NCBI RefSeq assembly: GCF_009914755.1
Contig: NC_060926.1
DNA length: 64,000 nt
Origin: the human T2T-CHM13v2.0 reference genome, Homo sapiens
Direction: 5' to 3' (one strand)
Part shown: positions 1 to 16,119 of the stretch, piece after piece
How positions within the stretch are numbered: position 1 is the first letter of the stretch
Layout of the letters: every line of letters starts with the position of its first letter
The notes under the pieces: model-generated
Database searches by the model: none
The model's input: the letters and a program-made list of their open reading frames with translations, nothing else
Told to the model about the DNA's origin: nothing
Translations under genes and position numbers: made by a program

Positions 1-110
1 TTTATTAAAATGGAAATCATTAAACATAGCTTGTAGACTCTGTACTTAGTAAGTATTCAGTAAACAATAGATTTTCTTTAATTTTGTTTTGTTGTTGCTG
101 CTACTGCTTC

Positions 111-599
111 TGTTGAAACAGAACCGAAGGAAGGATAGAATCCCAGTAATGAGAAAATATTTCTTGAAGAACTTCATTATTGAAAGTAAAAAGAACACAT
201 TCTTGCACAAAATAAAGAAGTCCTGTCTGGTCTCTGCCAGGCCCAGATATCCCACTTTGCCCTCTGGAGTTAAGATACAGCTATCATAAGATAGCCCAGA
301 AAAGGTAGAAAAGCCCTTCCAATTCTGCCCAGCTTGAAAATTCCCCAGATGCATAAAAATGGACAGTGGACAAATTAAAGACTACCAAAGGTACTGAAAG
401 ACCAATCAGAAACCATTCCAACTGAGTGAGCAATCAGAGACTGTCTCAAGACTTCCTCTTTTCAGTCTATAAAACCTTTCTAGCCCCTTCAAACTTCTGC
501 TGAAATGAAGGTGACAGTAGATGTTTCTCTTGCAGCTGCAAGATTGTGAATACACAGCATTTACTAATTTGGTCTCAGTCTTGTTTTTTGGCTTTAACA
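111..599 (+). mobile_element. Probable old ERV-type solo LTR (family unassigned)
   Basis: TGTTGAA...TTTAACA quasi-inverted TG/CA termini, TATAAAA at ~468 and a degenerate poly(A) signal at ~548. No clean TSD. Confidence 0.4.
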
Positions 600-1536
600 G
601 TGTGATAACACATCATTTCACCATAAGTCATTAATGCATCACCCAGGGTTTGTTATCAGAGGATAGGTAGGTCTGGAAGGGAAGTGTCACAGGACACGTA
701 TGCTTGGACAGGATCTGGTGTGAGCCAAGAAGGAGAGTGTGGGGTGCCTCCTGCAAGAAGAGCAATCTGGGGCAGCCAACATGCACCAGATGGGTGCTGG
801 GTTTCTGGAGTGAAGAAACAGATGAAGCTGAATGGGAGGAGGTGTTTTTAAAGAAAGTGAAAAAATGCTAAAGTCAGATTTTATCTAAGTCACACTTGTT
901 TGCAGTGACTGGCATGAGAGACCTGTTTTGAAAACATTGTGGTTGAGCTAAACATATCACCTGTTCTCAGGTGTAGAGCGTATAGATTTGCTCTGCTGGA
1001 CTTGGATACAAGAAGCCACACATTTTTTTGTTTTCATGTTGGATGTAACTTGGTGAGACACTTGATATCACAGATATACACACAGAAGTCCTAGGGAGGG
1101 GAAAATTGCTTACATAAACCAGTGTGTTTAAGGGAGGGACCAGTGTTCTGACATCCCTATTAGTTCCTGCTAAGATGCTCAGTGACCAGTTTGGCAAGGC
1201 CCATTTAGAAGGTAGAATGTTCCTCGACCTGTGCCAAGCTGGACCTCAGAGAACTTTTGCCAAGACTTCCAAGTAGGTTTGTTCTTCCTTGGTTCAGTGA
1301 CACCACCATTCCATCCAGCATGCTGTGAACAAGTAGACCTCAGGTTTCCACTTCTTGCGGAGCCCACTCCCAATCCCTTCCCTGGTCATAGGGAAAACAT
1401 CCTGAGTTTCTGAAGAGAAGAGTCTCAAGCCAGTGCTGCCTCCCCAACTCCCATGAAGAGCCCATCTCCCCATCTCTTAGATGAGCTTCCACCTCCCAAA
1501 TAATATCTAGGTAGGGCCACATGGACACTTGGCTAC

Positions 1537-1950
1537 TGACATAGTTTGGATATTTGTGCCTGCCCATGAAATGTAAACCCCAGTGGTGAAGTTGGGGCCT
1601 GGTGGGAGGTGTTTGGATCATGGTGGGCAGATCCCTCATGAATGGCTCGGTCCATCCCCTTGGTGATAAATGGGTTCTTGCTCTGAGTTCACACAAGTTC
1701 TGGTCATTTAAAAGTGTGCGGCACCTCCCTCCCTACTCTCTCTCACTTGCTCCTACTTTGACCATGTGACGTGCCTTTTCCCCTTCACCTCCCATCATGA
1801 GTAAAAGCTTCCTGAGTCCTACCCAGAAGGAGATGTCAGCACTATGTTTCCTGTACAGCCCGCAGAACTGTGAGCCAATCAAACCTCTTTTCTTATAAAT
1901 TACTCAGTCTTGGATATTTCTTCATAGCAATGCAAGAATGGCCTGATACA
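1537..1950 (+). mobile_element. MaLR solo LTR (MSTB/MSTA-like)
   Basis: TGACATAGTTTGG...GCCTGATACA termini, typical MST body and perfect 5-bp TSD GCTAC (1532-1536 / 1951-1955). Confidence 0.9.
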
Positions 1951-2009
1951 GCTACCTTCGTACATTGAGGCCAGGAAAAAACACTCTCAGCCTTTTAAGT
2001 TTTCTAGTT

Positions 2010-2235
2010 TATTTGGGACCTTTGTGCAAATAAGGAAAAAGTACCCCTTCCTCAAGATACATCACTCCCTCTGTTAGAAAATTTTCCAGATTTGTTCAAA
2101 CAAGATGCTGCCATCTGCCAAAAAGTTTTATATAATAAGTATACAAAGCCATGATGTATTTACTATAATGGAGCCCCCTTAAAGGAGACACACTTTTGCA
2201 GTGCACACAACCTGCACAATTTGTAAGCATGGCTT
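2010..2235. mobile_element. hAT MITE remnant (MER91-like)
   Basis: GTGCAAATAAGGAAAAAGTACCCC and TGCAGTGCACACAACCTGCACAA motifs resemble MER91 ends. Confidence 0.35.
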
Positions 2236-3882
2236 ATAACAGTATGTGGAGGCTCTGAAAGCAGAGAACAAACAGCAAAAAAGCAGGATGCAAAATAAAA
2301 CACACTCTAAGAGGACATGGATGTTGACTGCTCTAACTTGCTTTGCGAATGCATACATTCTGCATGGCTTTTGCATAGTGCATGTTTCCAATTTGAATTA
2401 TGTATCAGGTGGTCTTCTATGAGATACACTTTTGCAGAATGAAGGCCACAGACCTCCAAAGTGCTATGAAAAATAATTGAAGCCCTCCTCTCTTAATCTT
2501 TAAAAGTTATCAATATCTTACCTTATGGAGAGAAAAGACCCCAGAAGTCAGTCATCAGCCTAAAAATGCCAACTTTCCACTGACACCAGAGACAAGCTGC
2601 CTTCATGACCCAGTGACAAGAAAAACACTCAATACATTGTGCTCAGACAATTGCTCCAACACTAGGAGTCAACACACCTCTACAAACCACCACATTTGGC
2701 TTCATTCACTGAGTGATCCTTGGCAGAGAGTTAAGGAGCCACGCTCTGTAGACTGGGATGATAAAAAGATCGTTTAAATGCCTGGAGGGGATGGGTGGTA
2801 AAGCCAAGGTACATTCAAATGTACCATCTTCTGCAGAACTGGAAAAAAGAAATCCACGGAAATTGGCAAAGAGAGCCAGCAATACATCTTTATGCTGTCA
2901 GTGAACTAAGACCTATAGGGAAAATCTTTTGGTGTATCTCCCATGGTGACGATCTACAACAATAGAAGGTTTTTGAGATGAGTGCTATTGTCTGCTCTAA
3001 CCTGCCTCTGTGAGGCAGTGCACAGCTCACATGCAGCAAACTGCTATGGGCCATTTCAGAACAGGAATGCCATGAAGAGTCACTGCTTAGCCATTGCTAT
3101 ACAGCACTGTTGGTGTATTTATTCTGCGATGTGCCGACCTTGATGTCTGTGTTCTCCTCTTATTCCTCAGGCTTAACATTTTGTCTATTTCTCCAGGTAC
3201 AACTTTGTTTCCTATAGACACTGACCCTGATAATCCACAACTCCAGTTGTTACTGCCTCCCCAGTTCAGCCAACCTACTCTGGGACCCTCAGAGTAGAGT
3301 CATGCTACTCTGCTCTGACATGCTCGGTCTTGACCCATCCCAACCTGGAAGCAGGCAACACTCTAGGCATTTGGCTGACAGCACCATATTCCAGGATCCC
3401 CTTGACTCTTTGGTCTCAATCACTTGCTGGGAGAATTATGTGGACCCCAACTTATTCTAAGTTCTATTGTGTGGTAGTAAGATTTCAACAAAATTTTAGT
3501 AAAAAATATCACAAAAATATCACAAATTCTGTACTGGAGTACCATGAAAATAGAAGAAATGGCTCTAATGAAGAATGGTAAAGCATCTAGCATCCCATAT
3601 AGGATGAGCTATGCCTTCTCCAACCCATATTTTAAAATAATATCAACATGTAATAACTCATTTACCAGAATAACATTATGTGACCAATACTAGCTGCTTT
3701 CACTTTTAGCATTTACAGAATCCCTAACAGAGTAAGACAAAGAATAAAGAGCTTGGAAATGGAGATCGATCAGCCAGGCTGCAATGTCCACTAGAGCAAA
3801 GTCAGGATTTGAGCCAAGGTCTATCTAACTCCAATGTCTAGTCTCTTAGTTTCTATCTCTACTGACTCTGTGTTATTTAAAT

Positions 3883-4310
3883 AAGAGAAAAAAGAAAAAG
3901 GAGAAATAGGAGGAAGAGGAAGAGAAGAAGTCAGAAAGGAAGAAGAGGAAGAAGAAAAAGGCAAAAAAAGGAAGAGGAGAAGGAGCAGGAAGAGGAGGAG
4001 GAGCAAGGAGGAAGAAAACGTGTCAACAAATACAACTTGGAAGGAGCTAAGTGTAAGTGACAGTGAAGTTCAGAAGTGAGTGGGATATTTACAACTGGTT
4101 AATTGAGAAAATATTTTAAGGAAGCAAGTAGGGGACCTAGCATGAAAAGGGTCCCCTTAGTCTATTTCCTTAAAGGAACTATTTAAGAAAAGCAAAGAGG
4201 AAAGAAGAAGGAGAAAGAGAAGGAGACAGAGAAAAAGAAAGAAGAAAGGAAGGGAGGGAGGGAAGAAAAGAGAAATCGAGAAATGAAAAGGCAGAAAAGA
4301 AGAAAGGAAG
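3883..4310 (+). repeat. Two GA-rich polypurine low-complexity tracts (3883-4019, 4187-4310)
   Basis: Near-pure purine runs of (GAA/GGA/GAAA)n seen directly. Confidence 0.85.
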
Positions 4311-5267
4311 TTTGGTTTAGTATATAACTCCATTTGAAGTGTACTCTAAGTAGTATAAGGATCCATAGCTTGCTAGAAAATTCTGAAACAACTTAATCAT
4401 TGTATATAGTGGAACACAATTTTCTTTAAGACAATGCAAACTTTGAGCCAGTATGGAAAAGAGGTCGTGCCATGAGGCTTCCTGCTAATCAATTAGCCAG
4501 GGCACTGCAGGACATTTGAACACTGAACATGCACCTCCCTTGGAGAAAACTCCAGGATTGACTTTCTTTTTAATGGCTTCACTTCTTTGTCTTAGGCTCT
4601 CAGAGACTTGTTAGCGTGCCAGGGGAAAATAATAATCTAATTCCACCAGATTGTTGGTAAATGTCACTGAACTGCTAACCTATGTTCTGGGAACACAGGT
4701 TCCTCAAGACAATAAGAGACTTTACGTGAGAATCACTTTACCCAGTAAAACAAACAGAAACAACTTTGTTTACTTGAGAACATCTTAAACCTTTACTGTG
4801 CCATTTATATTGGTAGCATTTGATAGGTGATAGTGAATGCTATGTCTATCAGGCATTTTTTTCAGGAAAATTGGTGGGGAGGAGCTAGTGTTACAATCAT
4901 TTGAGAGTCCCTGATTTGACCAACTCCTCTTCCTCGACAATTTTACATTTTACTGGAATCACCCCAGGAGACTCTTAGAGTAGAAGTTTCAGACAACAGG
5001 GCAGGAGGATCCAGAAGAACGGATGCTTCCTGAGGAAAGAGGCCAGATTCTCTAAATTCCCATCGTTCACCAGCTGCCTGGACCATTTAAGGAGAAGTCC
5101 AAACCTGTCAGCACTCCATGCAGCCACCTCCTTGGGCGGAGTGTTCATTTCTCTAGACATCCACAGGAAATCTGTCATCTCCATCAACAACAGAAAATCC
5201 ACATTTATCATATTATTAGAAAGAAATAAAGACAGTTGTAAGAACCAGGGTCTCAAACATACTCTTT

Positions 5268-6392
5268 TATTTTTTATATATACTTTAAGTTCTAGGGTAC
5301 ATGTGCACAACGTGCAGGTTTGTTACATATGTATACATGTGCCATGTTGGTGTGCTGCACCCGTTAACTCGTCATTCACATTAGGTATATCTCCGAATGC
5401 TATCCCTCCTCCCTCCCCCGACCCCATGACAGGCCCCGGTGCATGACGTTACCCTTCCTGTGTCCAAGTGTTCTCATTGTTCAATTCCCACCTATGAGTG
5501 AGAACATGCCGTGTTTGGTTTTTTGTCCTTGCGATGGTTTGCTCAGAATGATGGTTTCCAGCTTCATCCATGTCTTTACAAAGGACATGAACTCATTCTT
5601 TTTGTGGCTGCATAGTATTCCATGGTGTATATGTGCCATATTTTCTTAATCCAGTCTATCACTGATGGACATTTGGGTTGGTTCCAAGTCTTTGCTATTG
5701 TGAATAGTGCCGCAATAAACATACATGTGCATGTGTCTTTATAGCAGCATGATTTATAATCCTTTGGGTATATACCCAGTAATGGGATGGCTGGGTCAAA
5801 TGGTATTTCTACTTCTAGATCCTTGAGGAATAGCCACACTGTCTTCCACAATGGTTGAACTAGTTTACAGTCCCACCAACAGTGTAAAAGCATTCCTATT
5901 TCTCCACATCCTCTCCAGCACCTGTTGTTTCCTGACTTTTTAATGATCACCATTCTAACTGGTGTGAGATGGTATCTCATTGTGGTTTTGATTTGCATTT
6001 CTCTGATGGCCAGTGATGATGAGCATTTTTTCATGTGTCTGTTGGCTGCATAAATATCTTCTTTTGAGAAGTGTCTGTTCATATCCTTCGCCCACTTTTT
6101 GATGGGGTTGTTTGTTTTTTGACCTAAAACCATGAAAACCATAGAAGAAAACCTAGGCAGTACCATTCAGGACATAGGCATGGGCAAGTCTTCTTGTCTA
6201 AAACACCAAAAGCAATGGCAACAAAAGCCAAAATTGACAAATGGGATCTAATTAAACTAAAGAGTTTCTGCACAGCAAAAGAAACTACCATCAGAGTGAA
6301 CAGGCAACCTACAGAATGGGAGAAAATTTTTGCAATCTACTCATCTAACAAAGGGCTAATATCCAGAATCTACAAAGAACTCAAACAAATTT
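5268..6392 (-). mobile_element. 5'-truncated L1 (L1PA5-like) with twin-priming 5' inversion
   Basis: L1 3' end on the minus strand at 5268-6120, then an ORF2 segment on the plus strand at 6121-6392. 15-bp TSD TCAAACATACTCTTT (5253-5267 / 6393-6407), EN site CTTT/AA. Confidence 0.95.
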
Positions 6393-7429
6393 TCAAACAT
6401 ACTCTTTAAATTAACAAGCATGCAACAAAATATCCCTGTGGGCACTGGGTTCTGGAGGAAAACAAAATGAATAAAAAAGCAACATTTTCTATTGTCCTGG
6501 AAAGTGCAATAGGGAAAGGATTTTGTAATAAATAAATGAATAAATAAATAATTTATGAAAAAGAACTAAACCTGTCTTGTCCCACACAGGCAGGCCCTCC
6601 AAGGGCTTGCACATGTACTAACTTGGGAGTCTCTCTCTCTCTCCCTCTCTCTCTCGCTATGCACAGCAGTCCTGCTATTATTCAAATGCCAAGGTGGCCA
6701 ACTTGCCACAGAAGAGTCTGTCTGTTTTGTACCCCATCCTTAGGAAACTGCAGGCACTTCCCACCTCTCTATTTACTGCTCGCTCTTCTGCAAGATACGC
6801 ATTGATTTACAAAGGCCCACTTCCCACACAAAAGAACAACTTCAGGAGAATAGCCAGAGGAGCATTAAGCCTCAGAATGTGCCAGGAGCTGGAAAAAATC
6901 CGTCTTTGTGTTGGTCGGATGAGAATATAAATTACGCCAGCAACGTTTGAGTTCCCCACTGCCACCCCTGGGAGGTCATTAACCCTGCAGGTAGAATTCT
7001 CTCTGACTGGAGCAGGGAGTGGAAGAGGGCTTCTCTCAATAGGGGTTTCAGGCAGAGTCATGGGCTTCAGGGATTGGAAACAAAAGAACAACCGGAGGCT
7101 CCAAGTGGGTGTCTCACCATGAAAAGGTCAAGGCTAGTACTAAAGCTGAGGCCATGAAGTCAGGATCCCAAATACAAGAATATGAGGAAAAAAGCTGTCA
7201 TTTAGTAAGCCTGGCACTCTTTCTAAGCTATCAAATAGAATTCTCACAACAGCCCTGAAAAGTTGTAGTTATTGGGCTTGGGGAGACAACTGATTCACCT
7301 GACAACCCAGCTCTGAGCAGAAAAGCCAGCTTTTGAGGAAGCTGGTCTGATTCCACAGCCTTTCCTCTATGTCACTCCATCTCTCAGTGGCCCATAGCCA
7401 TCTTCTGAAATAGTCATTTCTACTTAGTT

Positions 7430-7880
7430 TCTCTTTAGTTTTTAAATTCGCACATGTAGCACATGAGTATGTTCTCCTTGTAAACAACAACAAAAACACA
7501 GGTAACAAAAATCCCCAACTGCTATAGATGAGGACCAAGTCCTATTGAGTCATCCACAATCCTATCTTCTGCAGAGATAACTGCTGCCACTCTTTGCAAT
7601 CTCTTCTTCCAGAATGTTTCCTTGCATTTACACTCACATAAGTGTACCCATGGAAATATATACTACTGTTATATGGGAGTAACCTTTACATAAACGGTGT
7701 CATGTATTGCTCTGCAGCTCTTTTTTTTCACTTAACAATACATTTAAGCAATCTTTCTCTCAGAGAATATCTAGAGCTACTCCATTCATTTTAGCCATAG
7801 CAACATGCTCAATAGCATGGCTGTGCCTAATGTATGTAGACATCCCCCTACTGTGGGGCGTTTAAACTGGGACTGACTTT
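7430..7880 (-). mobile_element. Old L1M (L1ME-like) 3' fragment
   Basis: TTTTTTCACTTAACAATA...TCCATTCATTTT pattern typical of antisense L1M 3' ends. Confidence 0.5.
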
Positions 7881-9549
7881 TTTAAATCGATCAGCCTCGC
7901 TGTGACGTGTGGTAATGACTCAGGCACATTTATGAACCTGAGATAGGACAAACCTCTGAGAATTATCAAGAAAGCACCCCAGCAAAGAGAGATGCAAAGC
8001 CTATAGCAGAAGCAGAGGCTCTGGAATTTTTGTCTGAAGATCCTTGGTTCTGCTTTCCCTGGCAGCCACAAATCAAATGTGTTGGAAACTGAAAAGTTGC
8101 TGTTAAAGCAAGACATAGCCAATCTTTTCATTTAAGGGGAAGACTACAAGTAGAAACACATTTAAAACAGGAATCGAATCCTCCCTGGTATCAGCAAAGC
8201 AGTTAGTTCCTGAAGATTGAGAACTCCGTGCACCCAAAGTGAAAACTGACTTGAAAGGTTAATATTGACAAGGTATGGGAACTGCAGCTCTATGAACTAC
8301 ACAAAGAGGATTTGAAATACAGTCAATGCTTCCCACTTTATATATTTATAATTTGTTTAAGCAAATGAGAAGATAGAGTCGTTCTATATCTGATCCATAA
8401 AGGTGCAGGAAGGCATTAGCTAAGAAATCCAACTGATGTGGACAAATGGAATCTACTATGCCAGGACAGAAAATGAATTTTATTCACGATCCTTACCAAT
8501 TCAGTTAATACTGGATTGCATGAAGCTCCACGAGATTGTGTGTGCATGTGTGTTTTTTTTTTATTCTGCCTGCTTCCCACCTGCTGTGCCTGGGAACTCC
8601 TGTGCATCTTTCCTGACTCTGCCCACCATGCCTTCCTGCAGGACCGCCCCTATCCCCCAGAGCAATGTCAGTGCTGGCATAGCAGTGCATACATATCGAG
8701 ATATCATAGCATTTCTAGTTTGACATTTAAAGTAACTATATGTAAGCCCTTTGAGAGGAAATACTGTGGTACATGCATTTTGTTCCCGCAACTTGTAACA
8801 GTTTCTGGCACATAGCAGGCTCTCAATAAACACATATTGACCTGAAAATCTCTAAAGAATGAAAGTATTCTCCACATTCAATAATCTCCAAAGGTCTACA
8901 TACATCAGACAAGAGGAGAAAGCAGTGAATCACTAACTCAATCCTAACTATTTACCTGGAAACTCCTTGAGGAATTAACTCTATGAAGTAAAGGTTTTTC
9001 TTTTCCCCTCAAATTCAATATCTGGCTTCTTCCTAGAATCTCCAATATCTGGGATTTCATATTAAGAATTCCTCATTAATTAAACAACAGATATCAGAAT
9101 CAAAGAACTCAAGAAACAAGTCTACAATTAATTGCAGCAAGAGGATCTAATCCAACATATTTTACCTTTTCTAACATCTGTTTCCTTCTGATAAACCAAA
9201 GCTCTCAGGCCCCATTCTGGGAGCTTCTGTTGTGCCTCTTGGAGCTGGGGTGAGAAAATGCTCCACACCCTGGGTGAGAATCTCTTGGCTGTCTCAAGAA
9301 CTGAGCTAAAGGTGAAGAAAATATAAACCATTTTCAGCACTTCCTTTACAAAAGCTGCTGACCTTAGGTGTCTTTATCAACTTTTTTATACCTTGGTTTT
9401 TCCCTATAGAAAGTGGGAATAATAAATATGTCCTGCCTATCTAATCCAGACTGTCAACTCCTACCCATAGTTGAACTGTCGAAGCACCACCTCAGCTGTG
9501 GAGGTTTCGACACTGCGCCTGCACACCCTCTCATTAAGGAAAATATTAT

Positions 9550-9836
9550 AATGGACACAAATACACAGTTTGATAGAAGAATTAAGACCTAGTGTTAGAA
9601 AGATCGGTAGGGTGACTATAGTTTACCATAATCTATCGTACGTTTCAAAATAGCTACAAGAGAATAATTTGAATGTTTCTAGCATAAAGACAAGACAAAT
9701 ATTTAAGGTGATAGATATCCCAAATACACTTATTTGATCTTTACCAATTATACTATGTATGAAATTATCATGTATTCCTCAAAACTATGTACATCTATTA
9801 TGCATCAATTTAAGAAGACTATTTACAAAAAGAAAA
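9550..9836 (+). mobile_element. L1MA 3'-end fragment
   Basis: GATAGAAGAATTAAGACCTAGTG...TTTCAAAATAGCTA...GAATGTTTCTAGCATAAAG followed by an A-rich end. Confidence 0.75.
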
Positions 9837-9839
9837 GTA

Positions 9840-10838
9840 TGCAGTGGCAGTCTGCATATTCTAGAAAGAACCACAGGGATATTTCTGGTCCCACATGCTC
9901 TTCCAGGACCTTGCCTCGCTGCCCGTCAAGAGATGAAATCTATTTCTCCTCCTCTTAATCCTGAGCAAGCCTATGACAGCTTCCACGCATAGAATACATG
10001 AAATCCATGCTGCACCATATCCAAGACTAGTTATGAAAGGTGGTAATGGCTTATGCCTTTCACCCTCTTTAGAGACATGTGCCTTTTAAAGCCCTGAACC
10101 ACCATGTAAGAAGTCCATACACCATGAAGCCACCAAGCAAGATAAACTATATGGAGAAGCCAAATAGAGATGGAGAGAGATGGCCAAAAGTCCCCAATGG
10201 CTCCTGCTGTTCCATCAGCTATGAGAAAAACTTTGGACTATAACATCTCCCTCCCTCTCCTCCCGCAACTGGGAAGGAGCAAAGAGACCAAAGAATGACT
10301 TGGACAAGTCCAGCCTGACAAGTAGATGAGTTTATGAAGACTTGCATACAGGGCACTCCTGGGCAGGGCAGCTCAGAAGATCCACTCTGTCTCCCATCCC
10401 TAAGCTGCTTTTAAGCTGATTTTCTGGCTCTTTGCCTCCTGTGTGTGTGTGTGATGGGAATATTTTCTTTGTTATGTCCCCAGATACTCTGTGAGATGTT
10501 TCGGTTCTCAAGGACACCTGTTCCTCGGCTGGGCACCATGGCCTTGGCTCACCACCTGGCCTTCAGGGTTCAGGCAGTGGACATACACTCCTAAGTAACC
10601 TGGTGGGAGACCTGTCACACTACACTGTCTCCCAGCTGCTTCTGTTTTCTCAGCACAGGTGCCAGACATGTTAGTGAATAAGCCTCACCCATGACCCCAG
10701 CCCGGGCCACTGCCTGACGGCAACCTTATACAGACCCTGAGCCAGAACTGCTCCACTAAATTGCTCCTGAATCCTTGGCTTGCTTTAATACATTAAGTTT
10801 TGGGATGAATTGTTACATAATAATAGATAATCAGAACA
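9840..10838 (+). mobile_element. MLT1-family MaLR LTR, split by a nested LTR
   Basis: MLT1 motifs CCACCATGTAAGAAGTCC and AGTTTTGGGATGAATTGTTAC...AGATAATCAGAACA end. Confidence 0.7.
10211..10624 (-). mobile_element. Nested ERV solo LTR (LTR47-like) inside the MLT1
   Basis: Minus strand begins TGTAGTGTGACAGG...CCACCAGGTTACTTAGG. CTGT flanks both sides (10207-10210 / 10625-10628) and the MLT1 sequence resumes after it. Confidence 0.6.
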
Positions 10839-10920
10839 ACTGGAAACTTCTATACCTATCATTTATGCCCTACCTGGAAAACTTCTATGTCCACCATGTA
10901 TACCCTACCTGCCACTATAA

Positions 10921-13453
<2,533 letters not shown>

Positions 13454-14449
13454 AAAACAACTGTGTGTTTATCTGTTGTCATCCCCTATTTAATAGTAGG
13501 ATCCTCTAAATCTAGAACCATATATTATTAGACCCAATATCAAGTGAAAGGCCTACAACAGTCAAGGTGTTCAATAAGTTTGGATAGATGGGTGAATGGA
13601 TGGATGGGTGCATGGATAGATAGATGAATAAATAGAGAAATAAAAGATTAAATACCTTCCAGAGATGCTATAGGACCATATAAATGGATTGATATAAAGT
13701 ATTTTTAATAACACCATAAGCAAAGATTATCTGTTCTTATATGATATCTCTTATTCATCTTAAGACATGTATGATAGATATAGGATACAATCACAGATAT
13801 TTTCTGGATGATAAATTCAATAATTTTCATGTATTCTATTCTTACTCAGCTAAACTTTTTATTACAAATACTCGATTACTTGTCTATTTCTCTATTATTT
13901 ATAAATGCTGTGGGAGCTAAGACTGCTTATTTTGTTTACCACTTATCCCCAGAGCCTAGTACTGTTCATTAAATATATATTTGTTTATTAGAGGGGGAAA
14001 TAAATGGGGAGGAAAGGAAAAATACATATATCCAAATTTAACATAGGTCTCTCTAACTGTGTAATAGTTTCTCTTATATAATAGTCACCTTTTTCAAACT
14101 TTCAAAACACCTTGGTTGTTCACAGCTTCAAACTGAATCCAGGAAACATTTGGAAAAAGGGAAGCCTATGTCCAACACTTAAATAACTTTCAATGTCAAG
14201 TCCTTATCAGGCAGCAGCCTGCCTCAACTATGAGCTGTGTAGATATGAATAGCCCTGCTTTCTAGGGGGATCTGAACAGAATCCCAACCTGTGTTGCTCA
14301 TTGAGCTCTTTCAGCCATGACATAAGCAGAAAAAAAATTAATCATGAAGGAGCACTTTGATGCAGTAGCTTATATCCCCTGGAGTTTGTTTTACACATAG
14401 ATAAGCGTTGTGAAAGGTTAAGTAGTCTGTCTAAAGTTACTTCCTGCTA

Positions 14450-14690
14450 ATAATAATAATGACCACTACTTATTGAGCCCTTAGTAAGCTGAACACTTTC
14501 ATGTATTAACTCATTTAATTCTCACAACAATTATACAAGGTAAGAAATATTATTAGCATCTCCATCTTAAAGATGAGGATGCTAATGCACAGAGAAGCAT
14601 TTGCCCACCTCAAGAAGCCAGGAAGTGGGGGAGCTGGAGTGACCTGTCTGCAGACTCCACACTCTCCAGCACCACAGCAAACTGCCTCCC
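14450..14690 (-). mobile_element. MIR
   Basis: CTCATTTAATTCTCACAACAA...ATCTCCATCTTAAAGATGAGGA MIR core. Confidence 0.7.
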
Positions 14691-15384
14691 AAGCCACAGA
14701 GGTAGAATCACACAGCATCTCCCAGCTATGAGCACCCTGGTCAGGCAGGAGACAGGGGAGGATGTGATCACTGATGGTTATCATGAAATACTTCTCAGGG
14801 AAAATTAAGTAAATAAAATGAGCTTCATTAAGGACTTAAGGCCCCACAGGTATATCCTGGAATAACTAAAACTAAGGAGTATGAAGTGTTTTATACAAGA
14901 AATTAACAGGAAAGTAAGAGGTGGATAAGCAAAGGAAGAGAGAGCCCAACAAATCAGCAAGAAGCTGAGACTGGGATAAAAATACCACTATTAACAATTC
15001 TCTAGCAGTGGAAATGGCTAAGGGGCTTTAAAGAACAAGGACATCTAATTATTCATCTAGATATCACTAGTAATGTTTGCCTAATATTTCTACAATTTCC
15101 ACTTCTGAGCACATGGTTGACTTGTACTTCCTGAACCCCCATAATTGAGTTGGGTTATATGATGAGTTCTCCCTAAAAAGCTGAAAGAAGTGACATGACT
15201 CGTGTCACTTCCATCAAATACATTTAATTGTCTCCAGAGCTCTCTTCCCCTCTGCCATGGTGATACAAAGCATTTGAGATGGTGGCTACTTAAGCCTGGT
15301 TCCCTGAGTGTCTGTGTGGAGCAGAGCCCCCTGCTGACCTGTGGTGATGCACGGCATAAACTATATTTGTTGTTGATGTTTTTC

Positions 15385-15705
15385 TAATTTTATTATGGAA
15401 GTTTTCAAACATTCAGAAATTAACAGAATTTTACAGTGAATTTTTCTGTACCCACCATCTAGATCCTACAATTAACATTTTCCTATATTTGTTTTATCAC
15501 ACATCTGTACATTCCTCTATCCACCCATCAATTAATTTTACCTATTGGATACATTTCAAAATAAGTTGCAGACATTAGTACATCTCAGCCTAACCACTTC
15601 AGTATGCATATCACTTAGTAGAGCCCAATATTTGTTTGCAGGTGATTTTTTTGACAAAATATACATATAGTGAAATGCACAAATTTTATTTGCCCATTTG
15701 ATGAG
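15385..15705 (-). mobile_element. Old L1M 3' fragment within an MLT1-like LTR (~15090-15785)
   Basis: TTTTATTATGGAAGTTTTCAAACA...GTACCCACCATCTAGATCCTACAA, with MLT-type GTTTGTTACTACAACATAACC resuming after it. Confidence 0.5.
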
Positions 15706-16119
15706 TTACATTTGTTGGTTTTAGCCATGGAGATTTGGGGCTGTTTGTTACTACAACATAACCAAGCCTACCCTGACTGATTCATTCAACTTCGTGTTGG
15801 GCTGCCCTGTGATGTCATCCGCAAGTTGCCCTTAAATCTACTATTCAATCTAACACACACATGCTGGAGTTGGTGGGCTGTGGTAAGAGGATGGTCAGGG
15901 AGGTTTCCAATATAGTGATGTGGTAACAAAATGAGACAGTAAACAGAGGAGTCAAAATGTAGAGTAGAGATTAAGAACGCTAAATAAGGTGACCTTGGAG
16001 GCAAAGGCAATTTGGATAAATGCAAGCACAATCCCCTCACTTTTACCAAAACTACCAGAAAATATTAAAAAGAGACAACATAGTCATCCCCCTGTATGCT
16101 GGAATGAGGGTTTGAGTCT

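Noticed and set aside
2184-2437. Near-repeat GAGA[C/T]ACACTTTTGCAG at 2184 and 2421
   Set aside because: Imperfect 17-mer overlapping a degraded MITE; too weak to interpret.
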